Shown here piece after piece: positions 26,549 to 36,056 of a stretch of DNA of 64,000 bases. Origin of the DNA: a virus (taxonomy: Duplodnaviria; Caudoviricetes). A model generated the notes under the pieces. That model had not been told where the DNA came from. It worked only from the letters and a program-made list of their open reading frames with translations, and made no database searches. Each line of letters opens with the position of its first letter. Position 1 is the stretch's first letter. The stretch is from positions 1 through 64,000 of IMG/VR virus record IMGVR_UViG_3300043432_000237. One strand, 5' to 3'. The position numbers were made by a program, and so were the translations under genes.

Positions 26549-27060
26549 TCGTGCTGGGGGTCGCACCTGGGCTGAGCGAGCTGGCGTACTCCGTCCTGGC
26601 TTGCTACCCCGATGCGGTCCTCGCAGATCCGATCGACGCTGACGTCTTGCACGGCGGGCGCGGAGGCCCGCCTGTCGGCGTAGTGCAGCTGCAGCGGCGC
26701 ACGCACGTGCATCACATGATCCTTGGGTTGATCTTCGAGCGGCACACCCCAGCGCTGGTCGTGCTGGGTCCGCCCAGCAAGCTGAAAGAGCCGCCCGAGC
26801 ACACGCAAGCCGTGCGCATGCTGCTGCGCGTGATCGCGGAGGGCATGCGAGTGCCGGTCGTCGAGCTGCCGGAGAAGGACGAGATGATCTCCGCGCTCGG
26901 CGCCGACCAGCGCAGCTGGCGCCGCACGGTGGACGAGCGGCTGCGCTCGCCGATGTCCTCGCACGACCGGCGCATCGTGCTGGCCACGGCCACGGCGATT
27001 GCTGGCCTGAACACCTTCCGCCGCCGGTCGACCTTGACGGGCGACTACCCCGCCTGTTAG
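26545..27060 (+). CDS. RuvC-like protein, catalytic residues lost
   Basis: MIVLGVAPGL (canonical ILGIDPG); RuvC-like length and layout but acidic active-site residues replaced. Confidence 0.65.
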   Translation: MIVLGVAPGLSELAYSVLACYPDAVLADPIDADVLHGGRGGPPVGVVQLQRRTHVHHMILGLIFERHTPALVVLGPPSKLKEPPEHTQAVRMLLRVIAEGMRVPVVELPEKDEMISALGADQRSWRRTVDERLRSPMSSHDRRIVLATATAIAGLNTFRRRSTLTGDYPAC

Positions 27061-27071
27061 GTCTGCGGTCG

Positions 27072-27893
27072 ATGTCCGAGGCCAGCGTTCCTGCCACGCG
27101 GGAGATGCACCCGCGGTGCCCCATCGAGAAGCTGCGCGTCTGGAAGGACCAGCCCCGCAGCAACGCTGCCGCCAGCGAAGGGCTGGACGAGCTGGCCAGC
27201 TCAATTCAGGCGACGGGCGTCATCGAGCCACTGGTGGTCCGCCGAACTGGGTTCGACGAGTTCGAGATCTTGGCCGGCGAGCGCCGCTGGCGCGCGGCCC
27301 AGCGCGCGGGGCTGCTCGAAGTGCCCATCGTGGTGCGCGAGTGCTTGACGGACGCGGACGCGCTGACGATCGCGCTCACCGAGAACACCGCACGCGAAAA
27401 CCTGAGCTTCGCCGACTTCGCGCACAGCGTGCAGCGCTTGCGAGACATGACCGGCGCCACCCTCGAAGAGGTGGGCAAGCGCATTGGCTGCTCCACGACC
27501 TACGTCTCGCAGTGCCAGGTCGTGGCGGCCATGCCCGAAGAGGTGCTGCAGCTCAACCGCGACGGGCACCTGGGCACCGCGGCTTTGCTCCACCTGCGGC
27601 ACGTCAAGACGCCGACCGCGTGCATCGAGCTGGCGCAGCGCGCCGTGCGCGAGTCGCTGCCCGTCGCCGAGGTCAAGAAGCTCGTCGATTCCGCGAAAGA
27701 AAGCCGCCGCGTGCGCCCCGGCCAGAACACACCCCGCGGGCACAAGAGCGCGGGCGTGCGCGACCTGGAGATGCGTTTCGCGCGCCGTCTGGGCTTGCGC
27801 TGCGACATCGCGCACGAGCGCAAGGGCTTCAAGCTCACCCTGGTGGGCACACTGGATCAGCTGGATCAGCTGGTCGAACAGCTGGAGATTTGA
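27072..27893 (+). CDS. parB: ParB/Spo0J family protein
   Basis: QPR..LDELASSI..GVIEPLVVR..ILAGERRWRAAQRAGL..ALTENTARENL plus HTH. Confidence 0.92.
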   Translation: MSEASVPATREMHPRCPIEKLRVWKDQPRSNAAASEGLDELASSIQATGVIEPLVVRRTGFDEFEILAGERRWRAAQRAGLLEVPIVVRECLTDADALTIALTENTARENLSFADFAHSVQRLRDMTGATLEEVGKRIGCSTTYVSQCQVVAAMPEEVLQLNRDGHLGTAALLHLRHVKTPTACIELAQRAVRESLPVAEVKKLVDSAKESRRVRPGQNTPRGHKSAGVRDLEMRFARRLGLRCDIAHERKGFKLTLVGTLDQLDQLVEQLEI

Positions 27894-27894
27894 G

Positions 27895-28368
27895 ATGTTC
27901 CTAAGCCAAGTCATCGTATGGGCTGTTTTGGTGATTTCGATCGGCTGGATCGTGCGCCTGTACGTGCTGCGCCACCAGGACCATGCCCGCATGACCGAGG
28001 CGGCCGAAGCACTCAAAGAGCTTCAGGTGTTGGTGGATAAGTCCGCGGAATTGCACGAGAAAGCGGCGAACCGCTCCAAGACGTACTACGAGGCGTGTCT
28101 GGGCGTGCAGGCCGAGCGGGACCAATGGAAGAAGCTCTATTACGCCGAGGCGATGATGCACGGCAACGCGCAGCAGCTGCTGCTCACCGAGCTGACGAAC
28201 CTGCGCACCCAGTACGTGCGCGCGACGGGAGGGAAGCAGCCGCGCGTGAGTTCGCTGGTCGACACGCTCACCCAGGAGTACGCCGGCACGCACCCGACGC
28301 CCAACCCGCCAGCGTCCTACGAGGTGCCCGAGACCAAGACGCTGGAGCCCGAGACCAAACAGGGCTAG
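27895..28368 (+). CDS. N-terminal TM plus coiled-coil protein
   Basis: MFLSQVIVWAVLVISIGWIV. Confidence 0.6.
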   Translation: MFLSQVIVWAVLVISIGWIVRLYVLRHQDHARMTEAAEALKELQVLVDKSAELHEKAANRSKTYYEACLGVQAERDQWKKLYYAEAMMHGNAQQLLLTELTNLRTQYVRATGGKQPRVSSLVDTLTQEYAGTHPTPNPPASYEVPETKTLEPETKQG

Positions 28369-28384
28369 TAGGTGGGGGAAAATT

Positions 28385-29131
28385 ATGTCCGTAGACGACC
28401 ACGACTCCGAGCTAGAGCACGAGGCGCCCTGGCGCATCGACGGCCCCACGCCTGCCCAGGAGGTCTACGAGGCCTTCCCCGAGGCGCCTGCGGCCTACGG
28501 CATCAACCCCGATGACGGCCTGCCGCAGCCGCGCGTGCCCGCCAGCATCAAGCTCGCGCGCGCAGCCCCGCTCTTGCGCGAGACGTTCGTGTGCATGGAG
28601 GACGTGCGCCGCTTCGTGATCCGCGACGACTGGGGCCGAGTGAAGTTCAGCTTCGCTCCCGAGCACGTGCGGCGGTACGAAGACGGGAAGTACCGCGTCG
28701 AGGTCACGCCGGCAGTCCCGCACGGTATGGAGGCGCTGGAGTACGTCGTCACGCGGCGTGGGTTGCAGCGGACGCGCCACATCGAGGTCGAGCCCGTGCG
28801 CCCGCAGTGCTCGCACTACGCGCGCCAGCTCGTCGACTTCCCCGACGATCCCGACTACCGCTTCGTGGTGCGGCTCTGCACGGCACGGCGCACCGACTCG
28901 GGTGAGTTCTTGTCGCTGCGGGACATGAAGATGTACGCCTGCGAGTTGCGCAACCCGCGCGCCTACCTGGTCGACGAAGACCAGCTGGTGCGCTCGGACG
29001 AGCAGCGTGTGCACGCTGCGGAGCAGCAGCGCCACGACGAGCAAGACTTCGATCCCACGCGGCGCTCGCACGAGACCATCCCGGCCTCGCCCCGCCCCAT
29101 TTTCAGTGACTCACCGGTGGACGACAGCTAA
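28385..29131 (+). CDS. Hypothetical protein with Cys motifs
   Basis: PQCSHYARQ..RLCTARR..YACELR. Confidence 0.6.
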   Translation: MSVDDHDSELEHEAPWRIDGPTPAQEVYEAFPEAPAAYGINPDDGLPQPRVPASIKLARAAPLLRETFVCMEDVRRFVIRDDWGRVKFSFAPEHVRRYEDGKYRVEVTPAVPHGMEALEYVVTRRGLQRTRHIEVEPVRPQCSHYARQLVDFPDDPDYRFVVRLCTARRTDSGEFLSLRDMKMYACELRNPRAYLVDEDQLVRSDEQRVHAAEQQRHDEQDFDPTRRSHETIPASPRPIFSDSPVDDS

Positions 29132-29142
29132 AGGAACACTTC

Positions 29143-29637
29143 ATGTCAGACGCAGACAAGGACGCACTGGATCGAGCCATTCAGTTGCGCGACGAAATCG
29201 AAGCTCACCGGGTGCGCCTGTCGGCGCTCGCCCAGAACCTGTCTCCCGAGGAAGCCGCCAAGGCGATCGTGAGCGAGGTGTGCGACACCATCATGCCGCT
29301 CTTCTCGGACTTCGCGACGGCATGCGTCGAGAACATGTCCGACGAGCGCGAGTTCCTGATGGACGAGATCGTGCCGACGCTCGACGAGTTGGCGGGTGAC
29401 GAAGGCGACGAAGAGGGCGCCTCCGACGAGTCGCAGCTGACGGTGGCGGACGCCGCGGAGTACACGGCGCTGCTCTCGCACTACCGCGCGCTGCTGCAGG
29501 CTCAGCACGACGCGATCGAGTCGGAGTCCGTGAAGGAAGAGCTGGCTGCCTGGATCGGTCGCACTGACGCTGCGACCGCGCGCACGTTGGCCATCACGAT
29601 CACGGACGAGAAAGAAGAAGAGCCCGAGGAGCCATGA
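29143..29637 (+). CDS. Acidic helical hypothetical protein
   Basis: AAGGA SD; D/E-rich. Confidence 0.6.
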   Translation: MSDADKDALDRAIQLRDEIEAHRVRLSALAQNLSPEEAAKAIVSEVCDTIMPLFSDFATACVENMSDEREFLMDEIVPTLDELAGDEGDEEGASDESQLTVADAAEYTALLSHYRALLQAQHDAIESESVKEELAAWIGRTDAATARTLAITITDEKEEEPEEP

Positions 29638-32222
29638 GCGAAGAGACCAGCTCGGCCACGCCGCCGCCGGTCAAGCCGAAGCGCAAGATGTCTCCGGAGC
29701 AGCTGGCCAACCTGGCCCGGGGACGCGAGAAGGCTGCCGCCGCTCGCGCCTCCAAGCTGGTGGCCTCGACGACGGCGCCTGGCGAAGAGCTGGACGGTCA
29801 GCGACTGGTCAAGGTCGAGCGTCAGCCGTACCAGCACGAGGCGCCTCGGAGCGAAGTCGACGACGACGCCTCGGCTGACGACGACGACGAGTTCCAGGGA
29901 CCGATCGACGACGATTCGCCGCCGGCCCGGGTGTCCTCGATCGAAGACATCCTGGCGCGCAGCAACCAGCGGCAGCGCCGGCAGCTGGACAGCAACGCGG
30001 ACAGCGCCGCGGAGACCCGTGCGGAGCGCGAGGTGGAGGAGTACACCAGTGCGCCGGCTGTACCGCCCGAGGAATCGCGCCCCGAGCGGCGCGACGCCCC
30101 CAGCATCGGCGCTGTGCAGTTTCGTGAGGGACCGCCAGACCTGTCGACCTCACAGCAGCCGCGCACGCTGGCGGATCTGACTCGTTACCTGGACACCTCG
30201 GGTAACTACGAGATCGACGTCACGCGCAAGGCACCGCGGATGTACGGCAGCGTGCCGTGCGCCGGATCCCAGCGACCGATCCGTGGCTACATGACGATGA
30301 GCGAGTTCGCGGAGCAGTACGGCGGCGGCGACTACGAGCTGATCCTGTACGGCCCGCCGCGCCGGGGCGGCATCTTCGATCCCAAGCTGGGCAAGATGCG
30401 GCCGGTGGCTCTGACTGATCCGGTGCGCGTCACCGTGCCGCACCACTACCCGCCGAACCTGGAAGCGGGCGTTCTGGACGACCTGGAAGAGGAAGAGGAA
30501 GACATGCAGCGATTTGGGCCTGGGCTGCGACGGGGGCCCGCGACGGCTGCCGACGCCAAGATCTTCGAGACCAGTCTGCAGCACGAGGAGCGCATGACGG
30601 ATCGTCAGCGTGATCGGGAGCGGGAGCTGGAGGAGCGCCTGCACTCGATGCCGGCACAGATGAAGCCCTTCATCGACTCGGTGCGTACGACCTCGGAGAA
30701 GATGGTCGACGTCGTGCGCGAAGAGTCTCAGCGTCGGGAGGAGCTGCTGCGTGAGAACGCCGAGCAGGAACGCCTGCGCGCTGAGCAGCAGGCCCGCGAG
30801 GTGCGTGGCCGTCCGACCGAGCTGGGCGCGATGGCCGACATGGTCACCAAGATGGTCAACGTGATGCGCCCTCAGGAGGGCAAGGAAGCGCACGTGATCG
30901 AGACGGCCAGTCGGGAGCGCGAGAATCTGGTCAAGCTGCACCAGGACGAGGTGCGGCGCATCACCGAGACCATGGACGCGCGCATCCGCGACGCGAACGC
31001 TCGCGCCGACGATCGCATTCGTGACATCGAGGCCCGAGCCGACCGCCGAGTGCAAGAAGCCGAGCAGCGCGCCGAGCGCTCGGTGCGCGAAGCCAAGGAC
31101 GAGGTCGCGCGGCAGATCGCGGACGTCACGCGCGTGTACGAAGCGCGCATCAAGGACGAAGAGCGCAACCACGAACGCGAGTTGCGAGCGCGTGAATCGT
31201 CCAACGAGGTGCGCGTCGAGTCCCTGCGCACGGCCTCCGAAATGCGGATCGCAGCGAAGGACGACGAGGTCAAGCGGCTGCAGGGTGAGCTGGACCGCCT
31301 GCGCCACGATCTGGCCGAGGTGAAGGATCTGCCGACGCAGGTCGAGAAGTTCAAGTCGACGGCCACCACGCTCGGCTTCGTGCAGGCCAGCGAGCAGCAC
31401 CAGGACGAGGACAAGGAGCCGCCGGACTGGAAGTCCATGGTGGGTCAGATCGGACTCAACCTGGTCAGCAACCTCCCCAACATCATCCAGAGCGCGTCGG
31501 ACAGCGTGACGCGCATGCGCGCGCAGCAACAGCAGCCCCAGCAGGTCTACAGCCAGATGCAGGGCGACGCCTACCAGACGCAGCCACGCCAGATGGCCGG
31601 CGGCGGCGTGCCGGCGTTGCGCGGCCCAGGCGGCCAGCCTTTCGTGCCGCGTCGCCTGGCGTTCGCGACCGAAGACGGCCCGGAGTACGTGGGCGGCCCG
31701 CCCATTCAGCCGCCGCCGCGCTACCCGGGTCAAGCGCCTCAGGCACCCGGTGCGCCGCCTGGCGCTCCGCCTGTTCCGCCCGCGCCCCTGCAGGGCGCTC
31801 AGCAGCCGCTGGCGCCCGCGCCCCTGCCTCCGCAGGCGCCCCTGCAGGTTGCTCCGCCCATGCCGCCGCCCCAGCCCGCGATGCAGCCGCTCCAGCCGGT
31901 CCTGCAGCAGGCGGCTCCCCCGCCGCCCGCCGCCTCGGCTGCGGTCCTGTCCTTGCCCAAGGAACAGCTCGCGCAGATCCGACTTGCGCTGGAAGGCGCG
32001 TTCGAGCAAGCCGAGTCGGTCGACGAGGTCGCGCAGAGCTTCATCCAGCAGCTCGGTGCGCCCACGATCGGTCAGGTCGTGGCGAACATCAGCGCCGAGC
32101 AGGTCATCGCGACCGTGCAGGCGCAACCCGACGGCGCCACCAGTCCGCTCGTGCGGCGAGAAGGGCAGAAGTTCGTTCGGGCGCTGTGGGAAAGCCTCAA
32201 GCAGCGCGTGGGCATGGGCTGA
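29634..32222 (+). CDS. Large (862 aa) acidic/coiled-coil/Pro-Gln-rich protein
   Basis: Long E/R coiled coil and PQ-rich linker. Confidence 0.75.
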   Translation: MSEETSSATPPPVKPKRKMSPEQLANLARGREKAAAARASKLVASTTAPGEELDGQRLVKVERQPYQHEAPRSEVDDDASADDDDEFQGPIDDDSPPARVSSIEDILARSNQRQRRQLDSNADSAAETRAEREVEEYTSAPAVPPEESRPERRDAPSIGAVQFREGPPDLSTSQQPRTLADLTRYLDTSGNYEIDVTRKAPRMYGSVPCAGSQRPIRGYMTMSEFAEQYGGGDYELILYGPPRRGGIFDPKLGKMRPVALTDPVRVTVPHHYPPNLEAGVLDDLEEEEEDMQRFGPGLRRGPATAADAKIFETSLQHEERMTDRQRDRERELEERLHSMPAQMKPFIDSVRTTSEKMVDVVREESQRREELLRENAEQERLRAEQQAREVRGRPTELGAMADMVTKMVNVMRPQEGKEAHVIETASRERENLVKLHQDEVRRITETMDARIRDANARADDRIRDIEARADRRVQEAEQRAERSVREAKDEVARQIADVTRVYEARIKDEERNHERELRARESSNEVRVESLRTASEMRIAAKDDEVKRLQGELDRLRHDLAEVKDLPTQVEKFKSTATTLGFVQASEQHQDEDKEPPDWKSMVGQIGLNLVSNLPNIIQSASDSVTRMRAQQQQPQQVYSQMQGDAYQTQPRQMAGGGVPALRGPGGQPFVPRRLAFATEDGPEYVGGPPIQPPPRYPGQAPQAPGAPPGAPPVPPAPLQGAQQPLAPAPLPPQAPLQVAPPMPPPQPAMQPLQPVLQQAAPPPPAASAAVLSLPKEQLAQIRLALEGAFEQAESVDEVAQSFIQQLGAPTIGQVVANISAEQVIATVQAQPDGATSPLVRREGQKFVRALWESLKQRVGMG

Positions 32223-32241
32223 TCAACAAGGAGCGAAAGAC

Positions 32242-32715
32242 ATGGAACAGCAACTGCATCTGGATCAACTCGCCGGCTACCTCACGCGCACCGACGCGCT
32301 GCTACAGCTGACGAAGCAGCAAGCGACTTCTCTGTCTCCCGAGACGCAGGCCGCGCTGGCTGCGCTGGAGGCCGAGCGTGCAGCGTGGCCGGAGTGGGAC
32401 ATCGGGTCGATGACGTGCAATACCGGAGCGCAGAAGCAGCTGCCCTGGGCGCTGCCCGCAACGGTGGAGGTTTCGGCTCCCACCGACAAACCCTTCCTGG
32501 TGAGCGAGGTGGACTTCGGTAATGCACCGGTCAACGTGGACGTGCGCGCCCCGGGTCAGCTCAAAGCGTTTGCCACGGGCTCGGGCGTAATCAGTTGCTG
32601 GTGCGTGTTGCCCCCAGGCGAGAAGCTCACGCTGAGGATCACGCCCCAGGTGCCGGGGGCTCAGCTCACGAGTCTGCCCGTCGTGAAAGGCTACCCTCTC
32701 GGCCGCGCCGAGTAG
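32242..32715 (+). CDS. Helix plus small beta-sandwich protein (possible minor capsid/penton single jelly roll)
   Basis: AAGGAG SD; PFLVSEV...VLPPGEKLTLRIT...VVKGY strand pattern. Confidence 0.5.
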   Translation: MEQQLHLDQLAGYLTRTDALLQLTKQQATSLSPETQAALAALEAERAAWPEWDIGSMTCNTGAQKQLPWALPATVEVSAPTDKPFLVSEVDFGNAPVNVDVRAPGQLKAFATGSGVISCWCVLPPGEKLTLRITPQVPGAQLTSLPVVKGYPLGRAE

Positions 32716-32767
32716 CACGTGTCCGAAAGTTTGGGTGGCAGAATGATGCCAGGTAACCTCCTGGGTC

Positions 32768-33382
32768 ATGTCGGCAGTTGGCCTGCGTAGGCTCTCACCC
32801 GTCCTCACGCTCCTGAACACTCCAGGTTTCGATCTGGAGGGCATCAACACTCATGAGCTGCCGGACGGAGCGATTTGCTACTGCGCAGAAACGAAGTGCG
32901 ACTTTCAGCTCGACCTGACGTCCACGGCTGCAGCAGTGGTGGGTGCGGTCGTTGTGCCGCTGTCCGGACCTGGACGCTGGAAGTCTGCAGCGCCTTCGGT
33001 GCAAGGCAGCTCGACCGTGTTCCGGCGCTCGGACTTCACTCCGCTGACGACGCCGAGCAATGTCCAGGCCACGCTGTTCTCCTTTGCCCTGGATGCCTAC
33101 CAGGACGGCACATACGACCTGGGCATCCTGGTGCAGCTGCGCAACGAGGCAACGGGTGACACGGCATCCTACCGGCGCGTGGCAACCTTCAAGGTCGTCG
33201 CAGGCGTGGTGACGCAAGTGTCGACCACCGACGCGACGTACGACAAGGTGGACGCAGCGCTGGCCGCGTGCGTGGTGACCATCGACACGAGCGGCGGCGA
33301 CGCGCGTGTGCAGGTGACCGGCTTGCTCGCGACGCCGCTGACCTGGACAGGTGGGTACGAAAGCGCGCTGACGCTCTACTAG
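32768..33382 (+). CDS. Virion appendage protein with shared N-terminal adaptor domain
   Basis: GLRRLSP..ELPDGAIC.C.ET.CD.QL...GPGRW shared with 51522..52964. Confidence 0.65.
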   Translation: MSAVGLRRLSPVLTLLNTPGFDLEGINTHELPDGAICYCAETKCDFQLDLTSTAAAVVGAVVVPLSGPGRWKSAAPSVQGSSTVFRRSDFTPLTTPSNVQATLFSFALDAYQDGTYDLGILVQLRNEATGDTASYRRVATFKVVAGVVTQVSTTDATYDKVDAALAACVVTIDTSGGDARVQVTGLLATPLTWTGGYESALTLY

Positions 33383-33392
33383 CCAGGTTCAC

Positions 33393-34694
33393 ATGCTGAG
33401 GATGTTCAACAACCTGGGCTGGTCTCCGACAGACGTCGCTGACCTCGTCTTTTGGGGTGACGCCTCCAAGGAGCTGCCCGGAGCAAGCGTGCTCTTCACA
33501 GACCGAAGCGGCAGTGGCAACCATGCTGTGGGTACCGGGACCGTGGGCACAACCGTGCAAAACGGTCTGCGCACGATGCGGTTCAACGGCACCACGGATA
33601 AGTTCGCCACACCCAACGTCGACTGGACCGCGGTCAACGCCTTCACGATCTGCACGGTGTTCAAGTCGAACAGTGTCGCCGTGGACCAAGCCATTTGCAC
33701 GAAGGGCTACAGCGGATACCCGTTTGCGTCAGAGGGGACGATGTTTTACATCGACACCTCTGTGTCTGCCGAGGTGAAGGGGGCGCAGTACAGCGCCGGC
33801 AACAACTTCAACGTCAAGGATCTGGACGCGGACAACGGACAGAGTTTTGCTGTGCGCTCGCAGCGCGTAAATCGAGCGTTGGCCGCAGCGTACCAGCAGA
33901 GCTTCACGCGCGATGGTGGCATCTGTTACGACCCGGTCACCTTTGGTGGCACCGCTGCGGCAGCCGGCCTCGGGAACAGCCCGATCTACATCGGCGTGCA
34001 CGGCAACGGGACCAACATCCCGCTCTCGGGAGACATCGCAGAGATCCTGATCTTCTCGCGTCGTCTGACCGACGACGAGCTGCGTCGGGTCGAAATGTAC
34101 TTGGGCATCAAGTGGGCGTTGCCGTACCGCTCCATCTATCCGCTCGGCAACTCCATCACGTACGGAGACGTGAACGACGGGTGGCGAGGCCCACTGATGG
34201 ACTCGAACCTGATCACGCTGGTCTCGCGAGGAAATCTCCTCGCCCCGGGCGTCTACCATCACGAAGGACACCCGGGTGCGGCGATTGCGTTCATCGACGC
34301 CAACATCACTGGCTACTGGAACTCTGCCCGAGGCAGAGAAATCCTGCTGACCATCGGCACCAATGACGCGCTTACTCCTGGTTTGCGCGCTGGCATGCTG
34401 GCTGCCTACGACACGCTGCTCAACACGATCGACGCGCTCTCGCCTGCGCCGTCGATCGTCTGGTGCGCGACGCTCACGCCCCTGGGTGACGCGCCGAGCG
34501 ACGCTGCGGTCAACACCTTCAATGCGGGTCTGCCAGCGGTGGTCGCCGGACACCCCAAGGCTCGCTACGTGGACGTAGGCTCGTGTCTGACCGTGGCTGA
34601 CCTGGCGGACTTCATCCACCCGACGCCTGCCGGATTCTTGAAGATGGGCCAGCGTTGGGCCAACGTCCTGAACGGCCTGGTCATCCCGCCCTGA
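33393..34694 (+). CDS. LamG/ConA-like lectin domain fused to an SGNH hydrolase
   Basis: WGDAS..DRSGSGNHA...SGDIAEILIFSRRL; GNSIT, IGTND, DFIHP. Confidence 0.8.
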   Translation: MLRMFNNLGWSPTDVADLVFWGDASKELPGASVLFTDRSGSGNHAVGTGTVGTTVQNGLRTMRFNGTTDKFATPNVDWTAVNAFTICTVFKSNSVAVDQAICTKGYSGYPFASEGTMFYIDTSVSAEVKGAQYSAGNNFNVKDLDADNGQSFAVRSQRVNRALAAAYQQSFTRDGGICYDPVTFGGTAAAAGLGNSPIYIGVHGNGTNIPLSGDIAEILIFSRRLTDDELRRVEMYLGIKWALPYRSIYPLGNSITYGDVNDGWRGPLMDSNLITLVSRGNLLAPGVYHHEGHPGAAIAFIDANITGYWNSARGREILLTIGTNDALTPGLRAGMLAAYDTLLNTIDALSPAPSIVWCATLTPLGDAPSDAAVNTFNAGLPAVVAGHPKARYVDVGSCLTVADLADFIHPTPAGFLKMGQRWANVLNGLVIPP

Positions 34695-34753
34695 GCGCTC
34701 ACGTGTCCGAAAACTTGAGGCGGCTGGCGCAGGACCCGTACAGTGCCAGGTGA

Positions 34754-35287
34754 ATGCAAAACCGCCTGGAGCTGTCGCCGCCAACCGTGACGCGCCCCTT
34801 CCGCGGGCCCGAGGACACCGTGCGCGAAATGGTGCGCGCGGTGCTGGGGCCGCGAGGCGAGCGCTCGATGCTGGTGCGCACGATGACCGAGCAGTGCGTG
34901 CACCTGCTGCAGGACAAGGACTACCAGAGCGAGCTAATCGCCATCCGCAACTTCGTCGCCACCAAGGGTCGTTACACCAACGACTCACTGGGCGTCGAGG
35001 TGGTGAAGGATCCGCAGCGCCAGGTGGAAGAGATCCTGGCCCGCGGTGTGACCGTCGGCGACTGCGACGACTGCGCCACGCTGATTGCCACCATGTGCCG
35101 CCAGGTGGGCCGCGAGGCCGAGTTCGTGACGGTGGGCTTCGGCTCCCCGAACACCTACTCGCACGTGTTCACGCGCGTGCGCGAGCCCAAGAGCAAACAG
35201 TGGATCGTGCTGGACACGGTGGCGGGTAGCGACGAAGCCAAGATGCTCCGTCGGGTGACGACCTGGCGAGCATGGAGGATTGACTGA
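34754..35287 (+). CDS. Transglutaminase-like (papain-fold) Cys protease
   Basis: GDCDD, YSHVF, WIVLD: Cys-His-Asp triad. Confidence 0.85.
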   Translation: MQNRLELSPPTVTRPFRGPEDTVREMVRAVLGPRGERSMLVRTMTEQCVHLLQDKDYQSELIAIRNFVATKGRYTNDSLGVEVVKDPQRQVEEILARGVTVGDCDDCATLIATMCRQVGREAEFVTVGFGSPNTYSHVFTRVREPKSKQWIVLDTVAGSDEAKMLRRVTTWRAWRID

Positions 35288-36051
35288 TGAGCTACGTTGC
35301 TGTCGGAGCCCTTACGCGCGTGTCCACCATCAACGCCCCCGCGGTACCGGTCTCGAACCCGTCGGCTGGGCAGGCCAGTAGTTTCAAGACGCGCATGACG
35401 ACGTACAGCGCACCGCCGCCGCCGCCCGCTGCCGCCCCGACCAACCAGGTCGAGTTCGGCGTGCCCATGCAGAAGACGGTGCAAGCCCCCCAGGCCACGG
35501 TGCAACAGGTAGTGCCAGTGCCCCAGGCCGTGTTGCAGCAGGCGGTTCCGGTCGCGGAAGCCTCGGTGCAAAAGGTGCCTAGTCTGCCCGTGCAGCCCAC
35601 GGTTACGCCGCCGCCCTCCAGCTGGTCGCCGCTCCAGGCGCCCGTCAAAGTCGAGGTGCCCGCGCCCGCGCCCAAGTTGTCCCCCATCAGCTTGGGCTTG
35701 CAGTACGCGCTCATTCCGCCGCCGGCCGCGCCGGCCGCGCCGGCCGCGCCGCGGGCTGCTCGTCGGCCAGCTCCGGCTCCGGCTGCGCGCCCGAGCGCAG
35801 GCAGCTGGCTGAGCCGCCCGGCCGCGCCGCTGGTGCCGCCGGCCGTGATGAGCTACCTGCCGGGCGCCAGCTGGTCAGCGGCGCCGGCTCCCGTCATCAC
35901 CAACACGCAACAGGTGACGCTGCCGCCGTCGGTGCGCGAGCCATCCGAGGCTCCTGCTGGCATGAGCAAGCGTGACTGGATGATCGCGGGGTTGATCGGA
36001 CTCGTCGCAGTGGGTGCGGCGGCCGTGTACGTGAAGCAGAAGAAAGGCTGA
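35287..36051 (+). CDS. Pro-rich tail-anchored membrane protein
   Basis: C-terminal WMIAGLIGLVAVGAAAVYV-KQKKG. Confidence 0.7.
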   Translation: MSYVAVGALTRVSTINAPAVPVSNPSAGQASSFKTRMTTYSAPPPPPAAAPTNQVEFGVPMQKTVQAPQATVQQVVPVPQAVLQQAVPVAEASVQKVPSLPVQPTVTPPPSSWSPLQAPVKVEVPAPAPKLSPISLGLQYALIPPPAAPAAPAAPRAARRPAPAPAARPSAGSWLSRPAAPLVPPAVMSYLPGASWSAAPAPVITNTQQVTLPPSVREPSEAPAGMSKRDWMIAGLIGLVAVGAAAVYVKQKKG

Positions 36052-36056
36052 GAGCA

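Noticed and set aside
29634-32222. Tail tape-measure protein
   Set aside because: Highly charged and PQ-rich, lacks the Ala/Gly amphipathic repeats, and has no neighbouring tail genes
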